64,000 nt of DNA. It comes from Trypanosoma brucei (Eukaryota). Below are positions 54,401 to 64,000 of the stretch, piece after piece; position 1 is the first letter of the stretch, and every line of letters begins with the position of its first letter. The translations under genes were made by a program, and so were the position numbers. The stretch is taken from positions 320,001 to 384,000 of the forward strand of contig CP000069.1 of NCBI GenBank assembly GCA_000002445.1. Direction: 5' to 3'. The notes under the pieces are model-generated. The model ran no database searches. It worked only from the letters and a program-made list of their open reading frames with translations, and was not told the DNA's origin.

Positions 54401-56754
54401 ATTAACTCGCTATGGACCGCACTCACCGCATCTATCCCATGAAATGCTAGCCACACGCGGCGACATGCCCGGGTTTGCAGCAGAAGAACGGTTGAAGGCG
54501 TTCCATCCCTGGTGGTCAGCCACTGCACATCCGCTAAAGAAACACGAGGAAATACGAGTCTGAGCCTTATATAATCTTTGGAATCGGAGGAATCACCGTT
54601 GAAATGGCTGGTAGGGTTATCCTCACTATCACTGCCATAGGGAGAAAACGGCGGCTCGCAAGAACCCTCATTGGTGTTGTCGCTGTTACCACTGCGCTCA
54701 CTGTCGCTGACAACTCTACTTTTGATGTTTGTCACTTCGTTGCTGCGTGACGTCTTCTCTGTTCTTAACGCTACCCGTTCCTCCCCACGGCCAACGGATG
54801 CCTGTCGCCTGTTGATGTTGTCAAATGCACTGGCTAAAATAATGTCAGTTTCGGTTAGATATAAATAACAGGGGTGACCGCTGTTAGCTTTAACGCCAAC
54901 ACCACCGGGTGACAGCCCGGTACCTGAGTTATACAGAGCAGCCGTCCCCCCAGCGTTGGTGGTCGCGTCACTTGCGGCCAGCAGATGCTGAGGGAACAGG
55001 TCATAAAACCAAACTTTTGTAGTTTTTTGTAGGCGCCGCTGAAGTAAGTCTGCTTTTTCCATTGCTCTGCGACTAGGAAAGAAATCGCCCCTCGCGAGTG
55101 CCGATAAACGGCGCCTATATTGCCTCCCTACGTCCGGGGAGAATAGCCCACTCGCTAGGCGGAGAGTTAAAGAGGGGAGAAATCCTCCCGTGATGGCACC
55201 ACTGCACTTCGTCTTGATGGTGCTGTTGGTGTTACCGCCCCGTTCAGCTGCTATAGCATGCTCCGCCTTCTCATTGTCGTCACTGCTATCAGATTTTGAA
55301 ACGGCAGGAAGCTGCTCTTCGAGGCTGTTACTAGTTGCAGCGTAAGCTGCTGCGGACGATGACTCCGGCGTACCCGCCCTTCTTCCATCACCCAAACTCC
55401 ACTCAGTTTTTAAGACATGTTGTTGATTCCCCTGGAGGTGGAAGGCATCCACGAGAACATCTGTACAAACCGACAATACGGGGTATAGTTCCTTATCCTG
55501 CTTGACCTCGGGGACGCGACGGCCATCATCGGCAATGTTGCCAAGTTCCTCCTGCATCTGCTGCTGTTGCTGGCCTGAAGACACATCCCCCACACTTTCC
55601 TCCGCGCCGAGGGTTGAGGTTGCAGCGGACCACGTCGACACCGAACGCAGCATCGTAGGTATAAAACTTGGCGGAGTCAGCGCCTTTACTGATGGCATCG
55701 TACCCTTAGCATGGGATGTCCTCTCCCCCTTATCCGTGCCGCGCCCCGTTTGGAGTGTTTTCGGGGGTCCAAAATCGTCACAATCGTCGTAGCATGTGGG
55801 TTCTCTAACGTGTAGGAAACTTATCTCGTCGGTGGCGGGGTGGGCGGAAGTACTGATTGGAGCAGAAAGTGTTTCATGCATCATCTGTGACCACCCAAAA
55901 ATAATCTCCATGAGGTTATCCACTTCCTTTCCTTCTTCCTGTTGCCGTTCCTTCAACACCCTATGTAAATAGCATATGGCTTGCACAACTTGTTCCACCT
56001 GCCGGGTCTTACCATCGTGGTTGCCCAACTTTTGAATCACGTTGCAAAAACTTCCCTGTACACCGCTGTGATTGAGGAAGGCCATATTCCATAGCGATGT
56101 TTGCCTGAGAAGTGTTAGTAGGAGTCGCGTAGATTCCCCTATAGCGAATTTTTCACTAGGGAAGTCAGTTCCTCCGCAACCCGTATCTTGCTCTTGCTTG
56201 CTTCCTCCATCGCTACTCAAGAGCACTGAGCTGACTGTTGGAATCGTAACGCTTCGGTCAGTCTTAACGAAAAATACGAAACGTGGAGCAGGAGAATCCA
56301 TTCGGTTTCGTCGGGGCGTGTTCGACGTTTCGAGGGAGTGGGCCCAGTGGAACTGCAAAGACACACGTAAATCGCCACATGTAAGAGTTGATGCTAAAAG
56401 TTGACGCACAACGGGCGGCACCTCTAACTTGGGTGGCACTTCGAGTGCATAGCATCTTGCATCAGTTTCTGTCACGTCTTCCAACTCCACGCGCCGGGCG
56501 AGCACCAAAAGCGATGGACCAAGTCCACTCAAACGCATGCGCTGCCACTGAAGTTCCTCAGAAGAGCCCTCCACTTCGCCGAGCACACACTTTAGCAGTA
56601 TCATTTCAATGGGCGAAGCAACCCAGTTTGATGGTTGAACGCTTTGTTTCCTCTGATGATGTTCTCCACCGTCCCGTCCTCCCGCAAGAACACCACATGC
56701 TCCATCAGCTTGCGTATCGGATGGGCATGCCACTGGTAGCGTTGTTCTATCCAT
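51436..56754 (-). CDS. Myotubularin-related phosphoinositide 3-phosphatase with long N- and C-terminal extensions (1772 aa)
   Basis: The catalytic block [47 protein letters not shown] is encoded around 53150-53260. The CX5R motif CSDGWDR is intact, so the protein is predicted to be catalytically active. Confidence 0.85.
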   Translation of the reverse strand: [1772 protein letters not shown]

Positions 56755-57623
56755 CGCTTCAAATAATGCAGGTTATGTGTCTTTGTATATTTATTCACCT
56801 ACGCCCCTCCTCTGACTGCGTTTGCCACCGACCACGCCGTCACTACCGATACTTTGCTCTGCTAAAAGCAGAAGCTCCCTTCCTCTCCTTAACCAAAACG
56901 TATGATAAAACTAAGGAAAGCAGAGGAGTTAAATCGTGAAATCGGTTGAACAAAGAAACTGCAAGAAATATGCTGGTTTCTACATAATTGAAGCGTTTCC
57001 TTGTTTAGAAACTTACCCGGACAACCTAAAACTTTCTGGTCACAATCATAAAGCAACCGACAATAGCAATCCCCTCTTACACCCCGGTTCCCTCTTTCGA
57101 GACTTGCAACTGCGTGGCAGCGGCGCAACACTAAAATTACGATCAGTTTCAACGGCACTCAGAGGTAGTGGCAAAGAACAGGAACAGAGAAGTAATGCTG
57201 AATCCACTTCAAGGAAGGGGAGAAGGGAGTAACGAAAGATCAACCCCCAGATCCATGCTGAGAACCAAACGAAGCGAATACTACATAATAAAGATGTGTG
57301 TGTTTGTGTGTATGTGCCAAATAAGTGGTCCAACCTCAGGTAGCAAACAGTTTAAACTGAGGCATCACTTACATGCCGATTCCACCGCAAGATACAAATG
57401 GAGGAGAGCAGATGATGGAAATAGGATACCCTTTTAAAAACTTGGTGACTGAATCCTCAATTACGCATCTCCCCCATCCTTCGACACGCTGCACCTCCGA
57501 TGTTACCCCTTCCTCCTTTTGTGGCTGGTCCATACGATATCCGCCCGTTTTCGATTTTCTCCCCTCCTTCCGACTTCTTTCGGTTGTTGTCTCCGTCGCT
57601 GCCTAGCACCTTCCAAGAGTATG

Positions 57624-59234
57624 CTACGCATTTTTCTTAGCATTTAGCGCTGCGGCAACGACGCTGCCTCTTCCCTCCGCATGATAGTCTTCCCCTCTTT
57701 GACTTTTCTTTTCGTCTCTACCTATTGGTTGGAGCCATTTCCAGCGGTTTTGTCTTTCTCGCCGTAGACTTTCATCCTGCCGCCGCAGCATAAGTATTAA
57801 AAGCAAGGCATCCACGAGAAGCATCAAAACCAAACCAACTGTGGCGTATACGATGCAATCATTCGCAGGACGTCCTCGCACATAGCCCAAATAATACCCA
57901 ACAGCCCCCCCAGAGAGAGCCATCAATTGCATATCAAACCCAATGGAAGCACCGCGGAGGAAGCTAGAAAAGGACTCCTCCTGTTTCCGGTTCTGTAGTC
58001 CCTGTGCCTCATCTTGATGAAGAGGAATGACTGGGTTGAACGCACCGTTGGCCCGCCTGTTGCTGGAGTGCGCCATGCTCTCATAGTACTGAGCAAACAC
58101 CGCTTGTTGTATCCTGTCAAGACGTTTATTCTTCTCTGCTCGGTGAGGGTTATTAGTTGGCGGTAACGCCGGGTTAATGATGAAAGAAACGGAGCGTCGG
58201 GACTTGCTCCACTCCGACAGGACTGTCTGCTTTTGAGTGCAGATTGCAATGACTTGGCGTAGCGAGAGGCCGCGGATAGAACGGCACACATGAAGGGGCA
58301 CAAGTACTACACATTCATGCGGAAAATCCGTGAACCGACTATGATCATCTTCTTCAATTTCTTCCTCCTCTGCTTGATCGCATCGTTGACCGTTGGTTTG
58401 ACAGGACAAAGGGAGGAGTTGCCTCATCAGGGTAGCAACAGCGTGGCGCACAAGCGCTACCAACCGTGTTAGAACCCACAAGTCCTCTGCCGTTCTGCAG
58501 CGAGTAGTTACATTCCTTTCCCTTGAAGTGTGGTTACTGGGCTCATCGGCCTCGCCAGCGAAGTGAAACTCATGACCGTCAGACGTTGGACGGGCCTTCT
58601 TAACCCATTGGAGCACTTGCTTTACGGTGATTTTTGCTACCCTACTCGTAAGTGGTGTGCTTTCGGGATAACAGTCGCTGGTAGAAGTTGCGAGCGTGGG
58701 AGATTCGACGAACTCGGCATGACTGGGTTCTACTGCATTTCTTGCCCTGTATGGTGTTTCTATAGGACTGTTGCCTCCTGGGACAGTTGCGACCCTTATG
58801 CCGTCTCCAACCTCATCTTCATCTATCTCACCGCTTTGTTGTCCTCTCTTCGCCTTCAGGGAGTGCCATAACCAACACACAAGCGACATTGTTGACGGTA
58901 GCTGAGTTTCCCTTAGTGAATCCCACTTGTTTTGAACAAATGACTGAACAGCGGTAGGGTCTCCGTGCCGGTCTAACAAGAGGCAAAGTACCACATCATG
59001 GGCAAGAATGTACACCATCACACACCCTTCGAAAGTGCAAGAAACAAGCAAAGGGGAAGATGCCACACCATGTGTATGCACGTGTGAGCAGATGGATGGG
59101 GACAAACGAGGACGCTCACATTTTTTCCCCAAGAAGAAATAGGCAGTTTTTATTTCGTTTAAAACAAAGAGAGGCGTGATGCACCTGCGGACGCTGAGGT
59201 GATCCAGCCACCACAAACAACACTGGCACCACAT
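57624..59234 (-). CDS. Hypothetical protein with a C-terminal hydrophobic anchor; start codon uncertain (maximal ORF 536 aa, more likely about 465 aa from the ATG at 59018)
   Basis: The first 72 codons of the maximal ORF are Cys/Trp-rich and not protein-like, and an in-frame MVYILAHDVV... follows. The C-terminus ...ALSGGAVGYYLGYVRGRPANDCIVYATVGLVLMLLVDALLLILMLRR looks like a membrane anchor. Confidence 0.5.
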   Translation of the reverse strand: MWCQCCLWWLDHLSVRRCITPLFVLNEIKTAYFFLGKKCERPRLSPSICSHVHTHGVASSPLLVSCTFEGCVMVYILAHDVVLCLLLDRHGDPTAVQSFVQNKWDSLRETQLPSTMSLVCWLWHSLKAKRGQQSGEIDEDEVGDGIRVATVPGGNSPIETPYRARNAVEPSHAEFVESPTLATSTSDCYPESTPLTSRVAKITVKQVLQWVKKARPTSDGHEFHFAGEADEPSNHTSRERNVTTRCRTAEDLWVLTRLVALVRHAVATLMRQLLPLSCQTNGQRCDQAEEEEIEEDDHSRFTDFPHECVVLVPLHVCRSIRGLSLRQVIAICTQKQTVLSEWSKSRRSVSFIINPALPPTNNPHRAEKNKRLDRIQQAVFAQYYESMAHSSNRRANGAFNPVIPLHQDEAQGLQNRKQEESFSSFLRGASIGFDMQLMALSGGAVGYYLGYVRGRPANDCIVYATVGLVLMLLVDALLLILMLRRQDESLRRERQNRWKWLQPIGRDEKKSQRGEDYHAEGRGSVVAAALNAKKNA

Positions 59235-59751
59235 TTACCTTTCTCGTTTCAGTAATGTGCACCCCCTTCACACGAGAAATGTAGCAGATATGCCCGCATC
59301 AGCGCACCAACTCATTCTGTACCTCCGATTGTAGTCGCAGATGCTTGTGTTTGCACGAAAGTCAGCGACGCACAAACAGAGGGATGTTGATGGGAGAAGG
59401 ATAAATGCACGTGAAAGAAACCATTGGTGGAGGAGGAAAGCACAGCAATCAGCATTCCATTCACCATACAGACTCTTTTCCTGCGGTCCCATTCTCTCTT
59501 GTTCTTATCATCCCCGACGCTATGTTTCAGCCCCGCACCTTCATCCCTCTGCACATAGTGATGTATGTGTCACTTGAGCTTCCAACAACTGAAAGTGATT
59601 TGCCGCCATTTTCCCAGCCCCCCTCCATGTTCGGTTGTTTCACTGGCGCATTTAACCCTGAGAAAGAGTAGAATACAGAGAGGACACGTTTCTAGTGACA
59701 ATCAACAGCCGTCAATGATTTCACAATCGCCGACATCCTTCCCTCCTACCG

Positions 59752-62700
59752 TTACCACGCATCAAACTTATTTTTCCGCAAAAAATCACGGCACCTCACT
59801 TCGTAGTCTTGTAGAAGCGAATGGACAGAGGAGTTCAGCATTTCCTTCAGTGCTATGACACCAAATGCGGTGAAACCACCATTGCCATATTGACTGCGGA
59901 ATGCTCTTGTATTTTTGTCCATAAGAGAATGGATAGGAACTACGAGTAGAGTAGGGTCTGGTGGTGCACCCGATGGCATCACCCTCCGCGATTTAATAAG
60001 CTTCTGAATTCGGTAAGGAAGGCTACGCTTCATATTTGAGTCAACTCCATCACCGCTTTCGATACTACTTGGTAGCGATGTAGCCGACAAGAAAGAACCA
60101 TCCGGTGATGAGCCGCTACACATCTGGGCTTGGGACCGCGCCTTCACCACGGCACGACGTATGGTGTTTTGATACATGGCACGCCATGGAGGCATCTTAT
60201 CATCATATAGAGTTGCGGCTGCTTGTAGTTCCGACTCTTCGGCTACCTTGCTGCATCGCTCCCATGTGGACCAGAAGAATTCTTCCACAGTCTTTTTCTT
60301 TTCTTCGTCTTCCTGAACAGATTCCGTGTAGAGTACAACGATGACACCCGCAAGTAGGACAGCCCGCTGTTCCACTGACTGAGAAATGAGCGACCGCAGC
60401 ACTTCCATACCTGCTGCAAACTCCTTGTGCCGGGTTGTATCGAGTGCGATGATCACCGTGGGATGCTCTCGTTGGCATTCACACGCCGCTACCTTGCATG
60501 CTGCCGGCGAAGATGTTTGGGTGTCTTGAGTCCACCGCAGTCGCGGAACATCGCGGAAATCCACAGCGTGCAACGCAATCTGTGTTTGAAGAAGCATCTT
60601 GGTTGACCCGCTAGGGAGGGGTCGCCGCCATGCGGCAGCGGCAGTTGAAAGAAGTCTCCACGCTGCCGGTGTTGTTTTTGCATCAGCGGCCCGTAGAACG
60701 TGCATTTGCTCCCATATACCAATGTGGTCACTGTCCCTGCTTTTCCCCAACTCGGCAGCGGATCCACCACCCTCATCGAAACATGCATCCATATCTGTTG
60801 ACTGAGGCGTTTTTGAGTGGTAGAGAATACCTTCCCTTAGAACTCTTGCCCGCTCCGCAGGCGGAAGCATCAGGGCAGCGATCCAATGCCCTAAAGACGG
60901 ATGCTGTCTGTCGGACAGCTGACTCGATACGAAACGGCTCCCAGCACCTCCACTGAGACCGGAGGATGCAAACAAAGATGCCCCATCCGTACCGGTGTGC
61001 TCGTCACGGTCGTCGTGTTCTCGCAGATCACTTCCAAAAACGATTATTTTCGATGTGAGACGGAGTATGGGCGTCTCCCGTGTCGGTGCATTTGTACTTT
61101 CATCGTGGCTGAGTTCCTCATTAAAATTTAACAACGAATCTTCACCTGTCTCACTGTACGGAATCATTGATGGTGTGAAACCTCGGCACATCCAACCTGT
61201 GATTTCCTGTGAGCGGGATCCACGACAAATGATGTCAGTAAGGTGCCGGCAAGCCGTAACATCGCTGTAGGAGGCAGAGTAGAAACTGACTAGGTAGCTC
61301 GTAAAAGTATCCACCCACTGTGGTAACTCCTGCAGTAACAACGCCACAGCAGAGTACTCAGCTCCAGTGGAAAAACAAAAGGGTAGCGGGGAATGTACCT
61401 GAAGCGACTGTTCACGTGAAGGTTTGGAAGGTGCACGCGGGAGAAGGGACACGTCCGCCTCAGACATCCGGGGCCACCGTTGCTCCTTGCCTTTCATTTC
61501 GTCTACACACGCCTTTATGACGTCTTTATAAGACACCAAACTGGGGCCACCTGCTTCCGGTAGTCTCGGAGCGGGGTCAACATCTGAGGAAGTTGCGCAG
61601 TGGGAGGTGGTTGGCACGCTCCGCTCACTTGTGTCTGTGTCCACTTTGCCTCGCTCAGCGCGCATTCGTTGCCTCGGGGCGTCCTCCTTTTGTTGCACTT
61701 CAGCTTTCAATGTTCTTTGTTCACTCTCCTCTTCCACCTCAGACGGCAGAAGCATAATCCTGTCGTCCACAGATGACGTGGTAGTGTCTAGAACGGTATC
61801 TACTTGTTGCCGACTTAGATAGGAACCTGGGATGGTAGCGTTGTTGTCGATTTCTTCTGAACGCGAACGTTTTAGTGCCGAATCTCCCTTTCCCTGCACG
61901 TTTTCCTCAACGTTCGCCTTTTGTTGTGTAGGTGAACCGGGGAACCCACTATGCAAATTTCCAAACGATATCGGGGGAAACTTTGACACACCAAAGAAAG
62001 CAGGAACCGCACTCTGTGAACCGAACAGCATGCTTCTGTTGCTCTGGTCTTGAGCCAGCGTTTCGTTGCGCTCTCCACTTTCACATTCCTTTTTGTTCGC
62101 CTGCTGGGGTCTCTCGGCGACGGCCACAATCTCAACCTCGGAATTCTCTGTTGATCGACTGCTCTCGCTCTCGGGTGCTTCAACAGTTGCGTGCAGAGTC
62201 GGTGACATCACACCTGGATGATCACTCGGCAGTGGAGTCACCGCTGTTTCAGCTCCACTTGATGGTTTGTACAACACCAGCTCTGAGGCATTTTCATCGA
62301 GCTTCTGCTGCTCCTGCTTCTCGTCCTCGTTATTCCTCTGTGAAGATCCCTGTGCGGCAGCATGTGCCTCATCAGCTCCTTTGATAGGGTCGGTAGCGGC
62401 TGCCGTATCTGGTAACTCCTTAGTTGTCTCTTTCTGCATATTGCTGCTTGCCAACTGGTATATCGAGGAGTTTTGAAGCGAATTGATCAGTATATTCGCT
62501 TCACGCAGAGCCTCGTCCTCCTCTCCATAATCGCTTTCATTGTTCAGCACATCCTCCTCGCCACACACTTCCTCAGCATGCAGGCCGAAGCCTGTCTCGT
62601 TGTGCGTCAGCTCAGTTTCATCATCGTCGTCAAATACGGAGCTACGCGTGGAAACGCTTTCCCTGTCCATCTCCGCCACAACCTCCCGGAGCTCTTCACC

Positions 62701-63987
62701 CAATTCATCACCCTTCATGCTTCCAGAAACACCATCGTATTCACAACCCATAGTAGCGTTTCCACCCCAACGGGAATCATCCTGAGCTTCTGTCTCCATT
62801 CCCTCACGCTTCACTTCCGCACGTGAAGCATTGTTAACACACCACGCCAACATGCGCTCCCGAGAGGCCTGTATACCATCAAACCATTCACTTCCTGCGT
62901 CCAACAATTCAAGCGCCGCTACATCCTCGTTGTAGGGCGGACAGTAAGGCTCCAACAGTTGCATAAGATTCACGGGGCAACGCATATTTTCGAGATCCGT
63001 TACGGGTGGTGACGATGCTCCTGACACGGTTCCCGCCGCATCGCCGTCGAACGCACTTGGAAACAACTCGAAAGCACGTTGCCAGACCGTAAAGCCGACG
63101 AAGGAGGAAAGTGTCGGTAGGCACAGACGTGGCTTACCACCGGTTTCTTCTAAGTGACGAAAAATTTGCTCTTGCGTGGTATACGGCGAGGAATCCTGCT
63201 GTGACAGACGTAGTACAGTACGGTCCTCACTTAGTTGTGGGCCCAGGCCCATCGTCAGCAGCAATTCCACGCAATGCTTTGGAGTAAAAAGCAACAGCTC
63301 TGCCAGTTCACTTACAGCCATGGAGCCCCGTACTCGACCTTTTCCGTACACCACTACGTTAGCTGTGACAAGGTCCACAACAGCGCGGAAGCGCGCGTAG
63401 CTAAAGGAGTGGGAAAGAATCGCACGTTGCAGGACTGTTAGTCGAGCAGTTCTACAAAGGTAGAAGAAGCGAAACCACTCACGTTGACACCAGCAGTGGA
63501 TAATTTTGAGCGCAATGCGCACGTGACGGCTGCGTGCCATGCAGGGAATATAGCTAAGCTCCCTATAAACACTACCGAAGTCTACACTGCTGCTTGGTGG
63601 TTCAAATACGGAGGTCGGTGCCGCAACTGTGGTGCCTCCAGAAACGGAACTAACCGTCACCTGTGAGACCCGAAAAAATCCTGCACGATTTTCAATTTTC
63701 GTCAGCTGGGAAAGACCGTAGAAAAGAATAACAGCAGAGAACATTTCTGAGTTTCTCAACCGTTGCTCCGCTCGATACGACACCACCAAATCACTAAAGC
63801 ACTGGGCAATAGACTCGAAAAAATTCTGCTTTTCCTGCACAAAGTGTCTACATCCCTCAACACTACGGCACAAGTTTGCCCCTCCCACAGAGAGTGCTGC
63901 TACAGTAAACTCCAACCAACGCAGGCGCCGACGCGACTCCCTCCTAACCATCTGCTTCGTCGTTATCGTCTCACACTGCTGTTGCAA
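59752..63987 (-). CDS. Large hypothetical protein (at least 1411 aa); the 5' end may lie beyond the window edge
   Basis: This is an uninterrupted ORF on the gene-block strand. Its first ATG is 13 nt from the window end. It has an acidic, disordered central region and no motif I can name. Confidence 0.55.
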   Translation of the reverse strand: MQQQCETITTKQMVRRESRRRLRWLEFTVAALSVGGANLCRSVEGCRHFVQEKQNFFESIAQCFSDLVVSYRAEQRLRNSEMFSAVILFYGLSQLTKIENRAGFFRVSQVTVSSVSGGTTVAAPTSVFEPPSSSVDFGSVYRELSYIPCMARSRHVRIALKIIHCWCQREWFRFFYLCRTARLTVLQRAILSHSFSYARFRAVVDLVTANVVVYGKGRVRGSMAVSELAELLLFTPKHCVELLLTMGLGPQLSEDRTVLRLSQQDSSPYTTQEQIFRHLEETGGKPRLCLPTLSSFVGFTVWQRAFELFPSAFDGDAAGTVSGASSPPVTDLENMRCPVNLMQLLEPYCPPYNEDVAALELLDAGSEWFDGIQASRERMLAWCVNNASRAEVKREGMETEAQDDSRWGGNATMGCEYDGVSGSMKGDELGEELREVVAEMDRESVSTRSSVFDDDDETELTHNETGFGLHAEEVCGEEDVLNNESDYGEEDEALREANILINSLQNSSIYQLASSNMQKETTKELPDTAAATDPIKGADEAHAAAQGSSQRNNEDEKQEQQKLDENASELVLYKPSSGAETAVTPLPSDHPGVMSPTLHATVEAPESESSRSTENSEVEIVAVAERPQQANKKECESGERNETLAQDQSNRSMLFGSQSAVPAFFGVSKFPPISFGNLHSGFPGSPTQQKANVEENVQGKGDSALKRSRSEEIDNNATIPGSYLSRQQVDTVLDTTTSSVDDRIMLLPSEVEEESEQRTLKAEVQQKEDAPRQRMRAERGKVDTDTSERSVPTTSHCATSSDVDPAPRLPEAGGPSLVSYKDVIKACVDEMKGKEQRWPRMSEADVSLLPRAPSKPSREQSLQVHSPLPFCFSTGAEYSAVALLLQELPQWVDTFTSYLVSFYSASYSDVTACRHLTDIICRGSRSQEITGWMCRGFTPSMIPYSETGEDSLLNFNEELSHDESTNAPTRETPILRLTSKIIVFGSDLREHDDRDEHTGTDGASLFASSGLSGGAGSRFVSSQLSDRQHPSLGHWIAALMLPPAERARVLREGILYHSKTPQSTDMDACFDEGGGSAAELGKSRDSDHIGIWEQMHVLRAADAKTTPAAWRLLSTAAAAWRRPLPSGSTKMLLQTQIALHAVDFRDVPRLRWTQDTQTSSPAACKVAACECQREHPTVIIALDTTRHKEFAAGMEVLRSLISQSVEQRAVLLAGVIVVLYTESVQEDEEKKKTVEEFFWSTWERCSKVAEESELQAAATLYDDKMPPWRAMYQNTIRRAVVKARSQAQMCSGSSPDGSFLSATSLPSSIESGDGVDSNMKRSLPYRIQKLIKSRRVMPSGAPPDPTLLVVPIHSLMDKNTRAFRSQYGNGGFTAFGVIALKEMLNSSVHSLLQDYEVRCRDFLRKNKFDAW

Positions 63988-64000
63988 TATTCCTCCACGT

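Noticed and set aside
56388-56939. A 183-aa + strand ORF overlapping the 5' end of the myotubularin gene
   Set aside because: It is antisense to a well-supported long CDS and its upstream region, with no independent support.

Overview
This window reads as nuclear DNA from an African trypanosome (Trypanosoma brucei-group). The evidence is the characteristic gene families, genes of about 50% GC flanked by very AT-rich, microsatellite-dense intergenic regions, polypyrimidine tracts followed by an AG upstream of ORFs (trans-splicing signals), and two long single-strand gene blocks that look like polycistronic transcription units.

Layout:
- 1-18864 (+ strand): four near-identical tandem copies of a receptor-type adenylate cyclase gene. 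These are the GRESAG4/ESAG4-like family, with a class III cyclase catalytic domain. The repeat unit is about 4754 bp, and the array clearly continues upstream of the window.
- 18865-~23529: a convergent strand-switch region. It contains a striking 47-bp-arm inverted repeat (hairpin).
- 23530-64000 (- strand): a small candidate ORF and a 6.9 kb ORF-free, microsatellite-rich stretch, then nine protein-coding genes. Three are recognisable: a PUF/Pumilio RNA-binding protein with 8 repeats, a NOT2-type CCR4-NOT subunit with a polyQ tract, and a giant myotubularin-type phosphoinositide phosphatase with an intact CSDGWDR active site. The others are an EF1B-gamma-like GST-fold protein, a short two-helix membrane protein, a small candidate membrane protein, and three hypothetical proteins.

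I found no RNA gene (tRNA, snoRNA, rRNA), no retroelement ORF, and nothing resembling a prokaryote-style gene cassette or defence system. The features most worth following up are the hairpin in the transcription-termination zone, the mosaic (gene-conversion-like) variation among the cyclase copies, two small unannotatable ORFs preceded by proper trans-splicing signals, and the unusually long ORF-free stretch next to the PUF gene. Every functional assignment below comes from motif recognition by eye; no database search was possible.
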